In this document: one piece after another, positions 57,418 through 64,000 of the stretch
How the letters are laid out: the number at the start of each line of letters is the position of its first letter
How positions within the stretch are numbered: position 1 is the first letter of the stretch
NCBI GenBank assembly: GCA_002050435.1
Contig: MWYV01000030.1
Span: 17,446-81,445 of the forward strand
Length of the DNA: 64,000 nt
DNA from: Chitinophagales bacterium 33-2
GTDB taxonomy: Bacteria > Bacteroidota > Bacteroidia > Chitinophagales > Chitinophagaceae
Direction: 5' to 3'
Position numbers and translations under genes: made by a program
The notes under the pieces: generated by a model
What the model saw: only the letters and a program-made list of their open reading frames with translations
Database searches by the model: none
What the model was told of the DNA's origin: nothing

Positions 57418-58035
57418 TCACAGGTGGCCCTGTGATATAGACAATTTTATCAGCGCTGCCGTATTCCTTGCATTGAATTTTTCTAACAGGTTTTTTCGGT
57501 GTGTATCAACCGTGGTAGTGCTGATAAATAATTTTTGTGCAATTTCATTATTGGTCATCCCTTCAGCAATCAGGTTGAGTACTTCTTTTTCCCTCCTTGT
57601 TAGTATTGTTTTGTCACCTGCATTATTTTTTCTTAAAGACAATGCAGCTTCGTCACTTAAAAATGTTTTTCCTTTTGCCACTGTTTGTATTGCTTCTATC
57701 AACTGGTTCTGCGTGGCATTTTTCAATACATATCCCGATGCACCATTCTCCATCATTTTCTGAATAAAACTTTGCTGGTTAAATGTGCTTAATCCAATGA
57801 TAAATACAGACGGATATTTTTCTCTCACATCCTTACACAGGTCTATCCCGCTTGTGTCGGGCAGGCTAATATCCATTAGAATAACGTCGGGTTGATTCTG
57901 GTGTAAATAAGCAAGGCAGGAGGCGGCATTCATAGCATGACCCGCCCATTCAATTCCTTTTTCGTTTTGCAATAAAGAACGGATCCCTTCAACTACCATG
58001 TAATGGTCATCTACTATAAAAACTTTAATTGGCAT
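57418..58035 (-). CDS. LuxR/NarL-family response regulator
   Basis: REC domain (VFIVDDH...DVILMDISLPD) plus a LuxR HTH (LTRREKEVLNLIAEGMTNNEIA). Confidence 0.9.
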   Translation of the reverse strand: MPIKVFIVDDHYMVVEGIRSLLQNEKGIEWAGHAMNAASCLAYLHQNQPDVILMDISLPDTSGIDLCKDVREKYPSVFIIGLSTFNQQSFIQKMMENGASGYVLKNATQNQLIEAIQTVAKGKTFLSDEAALSLRKNNAGDKTILTRREKEVLNLIAEGMTNNEIAQKLFISTTTVDTHRKNLLEKFNARNTAALIKLSISQGHL

Positions 58036-59777
58036 TATGTGTTTAATTCAATATGAATAGAAGTGCCTTTACCTGGTGCAGACTGCACATCTAATTTTCC
58101 TTTTAAAAAATCTACACGGCTTTGAACATTTGCCCAGCCAATACCCCGTCCAACCGAGCCATCCGGGCGGACCTTTGCTCCCTGTAAAATTACAGGATCA
58201 AATCCTTTACCATCATCTTCAACTGTTACTGAAAGTTGTTCTTCCGTTTTGCTGAGTTGAACAATGGCGGTTGTGGCAGCAGCATGTTTCATGGTATTGT
58301 TAATCAATTCCTGCACAATGCGGTATATGGTGATAGCTGTTGTTTGATCAATAGTAGAATTTTCCAATCCTATTGATTGGTAATTTACTTTTAATGCGCC
58401 ACTTAGATTGATGTCGTTACAAAAATCTTGTAATGCTGTATCCAACCCAAATTTTACCAACACTTCGGGCATCATATTATGTGCTACTCTCCGCATTTCC
58501 TTAATAGAACTGTCCAGCATATCCATGCTGCGTTCAAATGCCTGTGCATTGTCAGGCGTCATAATTAAATTTCCTTTCATAGTTGTCATTGAAAATTTTA
58601 TACCACTGAGCATACCACCTAAACCATCATGTAAATCTTTAGCAAGCCTGGTTCGTTCCTGTTCTTCGCCTTTCAGTACGGCTTCGGTAGCAGTTAATTG
58701 TTTTTCTGTTTCTAATTCAACAATACGTTGTTGATGTAGGTTTTGTTTATGGCGGTAGTTGCGGTACCCGAGAAGTGATATGATGAGCAGGGAGGCTGCC
58801 CCGCCTATTAAAAGATAGTTGAGTGTGTTTTTACGACTGATAATGAGTTTGCTGATTTTCTTGTCGCTTTCCAATTGCTGGATGCGTAATTCTTTTTGCT
58901 GGGATTGATAATGGGCTTCAATATCCAAAGCATTTTTACGGATTTTATCATTCAAAATACTGTCTGCCAAAACATCGGCAGCACGCAGGAAGGCATAGCC
59001 TTCTTTCATATTGTGCAATGCAAAATAAATATGGGAAAGCGTTTCAAGCGTAAATTTCTTTTCCATTAGCAAATTGTTCTTATTTAAAATTTCCAACGAC
59101 TGCAACCCATATGCTCTCGCTGTTTCAAATTCTTTCTTGTAAAAATGATAAACCGCCGCACCCCGTAGCGCTGCTGCTACCTTTTGATCTGCCTGCAACT
59201 CTTTAAACAATACAATTGCTTTTTCATAAAAAGGCTTCAGTTTTTCATATTCACCCTTTTGCATGTGCAGGTCGCCGAGGTTAAGCATTTGTGCTGCTAC
59301 CATCTCTGTATTGCCGATGCGCTCACCAATAGTTAATGATTCGGTATAAGCGTCTTCAGCCTTTTTCATCATTCTTTTTTCTACATAACTCATTCCAAGA
59401 TTGCTTAATGCAGTACCGAGCCCCACAGGATCATCCACGGTTCTCAAAAACTTTACAGCCGCCTCTCCATAGCTAATGGCCTTGCCATAATCCTGAATAT
59501 TATAAAACAGTACTTGCAAAATATCACTGGCTCTTGCTGAAAGTAAACTGTCGCCATTGTTTGCAAACAATGTTCTTCCTTCTTCATAGTATTTAGCTGC
59601 TTCCTCGTAACGTGTTAATTGACTGTACGAAGTACCGGTATTGAACAATGCTTTACCTAGCAAAATAGGTTCATTCAGTGTCCTGGCTATGGCAACAGAT
59701 TGCTGATTAAGCATCAGGCCCGAATCAAATTTTCCCTGCAGGTTTAAAACAAACGTGTAGTTAAAAATGTAGCGCAC
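58035..59777 (-). CDS. TPR-repeat sensor histidine kinase (HisKA_3 type), apparently 5'-truncated
   Basis: TPR units, one TM helix, H-box DLHDGLGG and a HATPase domain. The first possible start is GTG 59777, in the middle of a TPR unit, with no signal peptide. The frame is open upstream to ~59846 without a start codon. TAATG overlap with the response regulator gene. Confidence 0.75.
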   Translation of the reverse strand: MRYIFNYTFVLNLQGKFDSGLMLNQQSVAIARTLNEPILLGKALFNTGTSYSQLTRYEEAAKYYEEGRTLFANNGDSLLSARASDILQVLFYNIQDYGKAISYGEAAVKFLRTVDDPVGLGTALSNLGMSYVEKRMMKKAEDAYTESLTIGERIGNTEMVAAQMLNLGDLHMQKGEYEKLKPFYEKAIVLFKELQADQKVAAALRGAAVYHFYKKEFETARAYGLQSLEILNKNNLLMEKKFTLETLSHIYFALHNMKEGYAFLRAADVLADSILNDKIRKNALDIEAHYQSQQKELRIQQLESDKKISKLIISRKNTLNYLLIGGAASLLIISLLGYRNYRHKQNLHQQRIVELETEKQLTATEAVLKGEEQERTRLAKDLHDGLGGMLSGIKFSMTTMKGNLIMTPDNAQAFERSMDMLDSSIKEMRRVAHNMMPEVLVKFGLDTALQDFCNDINLSGALKVNYQSIGLENSTIDQTTAITIYRIVQELINNTMKHAAATTAIVQLSKTEEQLSVTVEDDGKGFDPVILQGAKVRPDGSVGRGIGWANVQSRVDFLKGKLDVQSAPGKGTSIHIELNT

Positions 59778-59783
59778 TACGCC

Positions 59784-60650
59784 TTGCTTGTAATTTATTT
59801 TTTCGCTGATGGCGCCTGCGAAAAAGACCTTGAACTCTCAATTGATAATCCCGTTTTTGCAATTGACGCTTCAACTATTGATATGTGCCTCTCTCTGTTT
59901 CAATGGACTAATTTTAGATCAACAAAAGCTGGGATAAAACTTCATGTTCAACTTGATCTTCGATCTGCCATTCCAGAATTTATTCAAATCACGACTGCGG
60001 CAATCCATGAGGTTAATATTCTTGATACAATCTCTTATCAAATTGACAGCTTTTACATACTGGACAGGGGTTACGTCGATTTTAAGAGACTGTACCGTAT
60101 TCACTTTTCTAAAGCTTTCTTTGTTATCAGAGCTAAAGATAATCTCAACTTCAGGTGTGTAAAGTCGAATAAAAAAAACAAGGCATCGGGTATTTTAGCA
60201 GATCAATTGATAACAGTTCTGGGATTTTATGCCTCCAAAGATTATCCGGATAAAATCAGAAGGATAAAATTCTATGATGAAGAACATGATCGGGTTCTTG
60301 TTTTTCTTACAAACAATTTCGAATTAGATGCAAATGAAATTGCCAAACTTTATAAACACCGATGGAAGATTGAATTGTTTTTCAAGTGGATAAAGCAGAA
60401 CTTGAAAATTAAAACCTTCTGGGGTACTAGTGAGAACGCAGTAAGAGTTCAAATATGGATAGCCATATCGGCATATATCATTGTTGCCATTGCTAAGAAA
60501 AGATTTAATCTTAAACAATCACTGTACGAAATCCTACAGGTTATCAGTGTTTCTGTCTTTGATAAAATGCCAATTAAAGACCTGTTCGCAAACCAAATAC
60601 AACAAAATTTCAAAGAGCTAAATCATAATCAATTGAATATCTTCGAGTAA
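59784..60650 (+). mobile_element. IS4-family DDE transposase gene fragment lacking the N-terminal ~100 aa
   Basis: Retains the DDE/YREK core (AIDASTIDM, YILDRGYVDF, LYKHRWKIELFFKWIKQNLK). The ORF opens with non-homologous residues and no ATG. In full-length relatives, as I recall them, an N-terminal DNA-binding region precedes this point. No inverted repeats identified. Confidence 0.75.
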
Positions 60651-60819
60651 TATCAAAACGCTAGTGAAATTCTATAACAATTCAAACAGCAGGTATAATA
60701 GCTTTGTAGTACCCATTTGAAGTCATGAAATAGTATACCCTTTGGATTAACTGCAATGGCATTTAGTACTATGTTGATATTGTAAAATAACTCCTTAGGG
60801 ATTTGACGGTGCAATAAAA

Positions 60820-60832
60820 GATGCCATTGAAA
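60820..60832 (+). repeat. 13-nt direct repeat GATGCCATTGAAA, copy 1
   Basis: Identical 13-mer recurs at 60885-60897. An inverted core CAATGGCAT lies at ~60754-60762. Confidence 0.85.
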
Positions 60833-60884
60833 TTGGAAGAGGTTATCAGCCTCGATGAAAATAAAGTAGTAAACAAACTAAAGT

Positions 60885-60897
60885 GATGCCATTGAAA
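60885..60897 (+). repeat. 13-nt direct repeat GATGCCATTGAAA, copy 2
   Basis: Identical to 60820-60832. Ends 28 nt upstream of the HMA gene ATG. Confidence 0.85.
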
Positions 60898-60924
60898 AAG
60901 TGATTATAAAATTGAACAAAAAAA

Positions 60925-61137
60925 ATGGAAACTATAAAATTTACGACAAACATTAAATGCAGTGGATGTACTGCTACCGTTACACCTTTCCTTAATAATA
61001 CAGTTGGTGAAGATAACTGGGAAATAGATCTACAATCGACAGACAAGTTACTTAATGTTGTGGCAGATGATATAGCAGCAGATGAGGTAAGAAAATCAGT
61101 TGAAGCGGCTGGTTATAAAGCCGAACTCCTACAATAA
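60925..61137 (+). CDS. heavy-metal-associated (HMA) domain protein, copper-chaperone-like
   Basis: 70 aa with CSGC metal-binding motif (NIKCSGCTATV) and a C-terminal VEAAGYKAE, typical of the HMA fold. Confidence 0.75.
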   Translation: METIKFTTNIKCSGCTATVTPFLNNTVGEDNWEIDLQSTDKLLNVVADDIAADEVRKSVEAAGYKAELLQ

Positions 61138-61414
61138 AATTATTCAGAAAAGACAAGGCAAGACTGAACACCAAAGAAAATTGCAGCCCAAGATATTACT
61201 AGTTGCAGAAAAATCGGGAAATAGCATGGGAAAAAAAATATTATTCTAGTAATGGGATACTGATGTAAAAACAAGTTGGCCGCGTTTTGGAAATTAGAAT
61301 TATTTTAAAACAAAACAAAGTGTAAGAAAAGTATAGGAGGTTATTAGCTTAAATTTATTTAAATATTACAACCATTTAAGAAAATTGAATTCTAACAATC
61401 TAAAATTTAAAGTT

Positions 61415-61861
61415 ATGATGAGCTACAAAAAATTTTCACTAATGATGGTTATTTCCTTCATTATCATGTACACAGTGATGTTTTTAAATGTGATAGAAAT
61501 TAAGCATTATCATACCAGCATTTCCCGCATCTATATGGCATTACTAATGGTAGCGCCAATGGCTGTAGTTATGATGCTGATGATGGGCAAGATGTATCCT
61601 GATAAAAAAATAAATATGGGTATCACAGTTGGTAGCATTGTAGTGTTTGTAGTTACATTAATTGCCCTGCGGTCTCAAGTCCCCATAGACGATGTGCAAT
61701 ACATGAAAGCCATGATACCACACCACTCATCCGCCATCTTAACCAGTGAAAGGGCCGATATAAAAGACCCTGAAGTAAAGAAACTGTCTGAAGAGATTAT
61801 TGAGGCACAACGAAAGGAGATAGCGGAAATGGAAGCAGCCATAGACCGGCTGGATAAATAA
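61415..61861 (+). CDS. DUF305-family membrane protein
   Basis: Three N-terminal TM segments, then MIPHHSSAI...EIIEAQRKEIAEM, the DUF305 signature. ATG at 61415 (the track ORF starts at TTG 61385). Confidence 0.7.
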   Translation: MMSYKKFSLMMVISFIIMYTVMFLNVIEIKHYHTSISRIYMALLMVAPMAVVMMLMMGKMYPDKKINMGITVGSIVVFVVTLIALRSQVPIDDVQYMKAMIPHHSSAILTSERADIKDPEVKKLSEEIIEAQRKEIAEMEAAIDRLDK

Positions 61862-61888
61862 TAACCAACAATACATTTAAAGCTTATT

Positions 61889-63904
61889 ATGGATCATTCT
61901 CAACACCAGCATGCGCAACACGAGCCGGTACATAAAGTAAACGGGGAGGCGCACCAGGCGCATGATAAACATGCGGGTCATCATACCCATGATTTCCTGC
62001 GGCGCTTTTGGGTGTGTATCATCCTAACCATACCCGTGCTCCTGTTAAGCCACATGATACAATCGTGGTTAGGATTTAATATTTCTTTCCCGGGCGACAA
62101 CTATGTGTTGCTGGTGCTGGGGAGCGTGATTTATTTCTATGGCGGCATGCCTTTCTTTAAAGGACTTGTAAGCGAGGTTCGTGATCATGCCATTGGTATG
62201 ATGACACTGGTGGCGTTGGCTATATCAGTTGCTTATTTTTATAGTGTAGCGGTTGCATTTGGTTTGCCCGGAATGGATTTCTTTTGGGAACTGGCAACGC
62301 TGATTGACATTATGCTGATCGGTCATTGGATAGAAATGCGTTCAACAATAGCAGCTTCCAATGCATTGCAGTCCTTAGTAGCCTTATTACCGTCAACGGT
62401 TCACGTAGAAAGAAATGGAACCGTAACCGATGTTGATGTGACCGACCTTAAAAAAGATGAAATCGCCATCATCAAACCAGGCGAGAAAATACCTGCTGAT
62501 GGCGTCATTACTGAAGGTACTTCCTACATTAATGAAAGTATGCTGACAGGAGAAAGTGCTCCTGTAAAAAAAGAACCTGATGCTAAAGTAATAGCCGGTT
62601 CCCTTAATGGAGATGGATCTATAAAAGTAAAAGTGACCGGCACGGGCGCCGACAGCTATTTGCAAAAGGTGATCGCCATGGTGCAGTCGGCGCAAAGCGC
62701 CAAATCCAAAACCCAGAACCTGGCAGATCAAGTTGCCAAATGGCTCACTTTTATTTCGTTGGGCGTGGGTATAATTACATTTATTGTTTGGTATTTCAAT
62801 CACGACCTGGCGTTTGCATTGGAGCGGATGGTTACGGTTATGGTCACCTCTTGCCCCCATGCCCTGGGTGTAGCAATACCGTTGGTGGTGGCAATATCAA
62901 CCACTGCTTCCGCAACTCACGGTTTGCTGATCCGTAACCGAACGGCTTTTGAAAATGCAAGAAAACTAACCACCATCATCTTCGATAAAACCGGAACGCT
63001 TACGAAAGGTTCTCACGAGGTGCAGAAAATAATCAGCCATTCAGACAGCTTTACCAGCGATGAAATATTGCAATACGTTGCCGCAGTACAGCAGCAATCT
63101 GAACATTACATTGCTAGGGGCATTATACGAAAACTGAAAGAGAATAACCTTGACCTGTGGAAGGTTTCAGACTTTTCTTACGACCAGGGTATTGGAGTTA
63201 CTGGTATGGTAAATGGAAAGGAGGTCATCGCTACCGGACCTAATTATTTTGTTCATCAAAAGCAGGTATTACCCGAAATTCCCAAGGAGATTGACCAGCA
63301 AACAGAAACCATTACCTATGTATTGATTGATCAGGAACTTGTTGGTTTTATTACCCTGGCAGATAGTATAAGGGAAACGGCTGCCGAGGCAATTGCCCAA
63401 TTAAAAGCAATGGGCCTTAAATCGTACCTGCTTACCGGTGATAACGAAAAGATAGCGGCAGCGGTAGCTGGCAAATTAAATATGGACGGCTACTTTGCCA
63501 ATATTCTCCCTCATGAAAAGCAGGAGAAGCTAAAAGAGTTCCAGGCAAAGGGTGAAGTGGTAGCCATGACGGGTGACGGCGTAAATGATGCACCTGCATT
63601 GGCACAGGCAGATGTAGGTATAGCAGTAGGAAGCGGTACCGATGTGGCAGCCGAAACCGCCGATATTATATTAGTAAACAGCGATCCGAAAGATGTGGTT
63701 CAGATGATAGAATTTGGCAGAAAAACGTATCGCAAAATGCTGCAGAACCTTGGGTGGGCAGTAGGCTATAATGTAATCGCTATACCGCTGGCTGCCGGTA
63801 TTTTATATCCTACCTTCATGTTAAGTCCTGCAATGGGTGCAGTGTTAATGAGTTTAAGTACGGTGATAGTCGCCATTAATGCAAAAATGCTGAAGCTGAA
63901 ATAA
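61889..63904 (+). CDS. copB: P1B-type heavy-metal ATPase, CopB-like (His-rich N-terminus, CPH motif)
   Basis: N-terminus MDHSQHQHAQHEPVH...HDKHAGHHTHD, TGES, TM6 SCPHALG, DKTGTLT, GDGVNDAP. Confidence 0.9.
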   Translation: MDHSQHQHAQHEPVHKVNGEAHQAHDKHAGHHTHDFLRRFWVCIILTIPVLLLSHMIQSWLGFNISFPGDNYVLLVLGSVIYFYGGMPFFKGLVSEVRDHAIGMMTLVALAISVAYFYSVAVAFGLPGMDFFWELATLIDIMLIGHWIEMRSTIAASNALQSLVALLPSTVHVERNGTVTDVDVTDLKKDEIAIIKPGEKIPADGVITEGTSYINESMLTGESAPVKKEPDAKVIAGSLNGDGSIKVKVTGTGADSYLQKVIAMVQSAQSAKSKTQNLADQVAKWLTFISLGVGIITFIVWYFNHDLAFALERMVTVMVTSCPHALGVAIPLVVAISTTASATHGLLIRNRTAFENARKLTTIIFDKTGTLTKGSHEVQKIISHSDSFTSDEILQYVAAVQQQSEHYIARGIIRKLKENNLDLWKVSDFSYDQGIGVTGMVNGKEVIATGPNYFVHQKQVLPEIPKEIDQQTETITYVLIDQELVGFITLADSIRETAAEAIAQLKAMGLKSYLLTGDNEKIAAAVAGKLNMDGYFANILPHEKQEKLKEFQAKGEVVAMTGDGVNDAPALAQADVGIAVGSGTDVAAETADIILVNSDPKDVVQMIEFGRKTYRKMLQNLGWAVGYNVIAIPLAAGILYPTFMLSPAMGAVLMSLSTVIVAINAKMLKLK

Positions 63905-63931
63905 ATCATTCATCAAAGTAAATTTTACTTT

Positions 63932-64000
63932 ATGGACTATTATAATAGAATGGGAGGGTTGATGTGGCTGCTATGCCGGTCTTACCAATTGCAGAAGCAG
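63932..64000 (+). CDS. start of an unidentified ORF running off the window
   Basis: ATG at 63932 with the frame open to the window end (MDYYNRMGGLMWLL...). Too short to classify. Confidence 0.2.
   Translation, partial: MDYYNRMGGLMWLLCRSYQLQKQ

Noticed and set aside
60753-60897. Repeated 13-mer considered as a mini CRISPR array
   Set aside because: Only two direct copies of a 13-nt unit, with no repeat-spacer periodicity and no cas genes. Kept as a candidate operator or relic instead.
60846-61046. 66-aa minus-strand ORF overlapping the HMA gene
   Set aside because: It is antisense to a recognisable HMA-domain gene and has no family signal.
61195-61253. 8-bp inverted repeat ATTACTAG...CTAGTAAT in the HMA-DUF305 spacer
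   Set aside because: A short stem with a 43-nt loop in AT-rich DNA is compatible with chance. No T-run or other supporting signal.
1-64000. Search for rRNA, tRNA, tmRNA, RNase P RNA, SRP RNA, CRISPR arrays, defence systems, toxin-antitoxin pairs, prophage or integrase genes
   Set aside because: No non-coding gap exceeds ~385 nt, and the largest is the hemN relic. I saw no cloverleaf-like or conserved RNA signature sequences, and every sizeable ORF has a housekeeping, transport or signalling assignment. A covariance-model scan (tRNAscan-SE, Infernal) is needed to exclude small RNAs formally.

Overview
This window reads as a mostly core chromosomal segment of a Bacteroidota genome, probably Chitinophagaceae or Sphingobacteriia-like. 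Supporting signs are the AT-rich sequence, no obvious Shine-Dalgarno use, TAnnTTTG-type boxes, a ~290-aa sigma-A and a short NuoG. All family calls come from motifs I recognise by eye in the ORF track; no search was run.

Content in order:
- Amidohydrolase fragment, adenine deaminase, a GH31 glycosidase.
- A LytTR response regulator and a CHASE3 hybrid histidine kinase, separated by a structured non-coding spacer.
- trmD, a hemN relic, an S4/Hsp15-like protein, an EEP-family protein, an M20 dipeptidase.
- dinB (Pol IV, with a 5' reading-frame problem), a DinB_2-family protein, rimM, rpsP, YceI, ffh, rpoD.
- An LptF/G-type permease, then an oxidative-stress cluster (Tat-signal SOD, CDF transporter, OsmC, 1-Cys peroxiredoxin).
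- Two pseudouridine synthases, an LTXXQ-repeat protein, rlmN, thiolase, hisS, an LMW phosphatase.
- TonB paralog 1 with a PstS-like protein and a TPR protein.
- A complete nuoA-N operon, interrupted between nuoE and nuoF by two uncharacterised exported proteins.
- An FtsX-type permease, exbB-exbD-exbD-tonB, mnmE, and a LuxR response regulator with a TPR histidine kinase.
- From ~59.8 kb the only clearly accessory stretch: a 5'-truncated IS4-family transposase abutting the 5'-truncated kinase, followed by a copper module (HMA protein, DUF305, His-rich CPH-type P1B ATPase).

I found no rRNA, tRNA, CRISPR array, defence system, prophage or toxin-antitoxin pair, and I cannot support a claim of a clearly novel multi-gene system. 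The best leads are modest:
- the two-gene insert inside nuo;
- the candidate sRNA or attenuator in front of the hybrid kinase;
- the IS/kinase deletion junction next to the copper island, with a repeated 13-mer upstream of it;
- the hemN relic;
- the dinB start anomaly;
- a perfect 22-bp palindrome upstream of the YceI gene.
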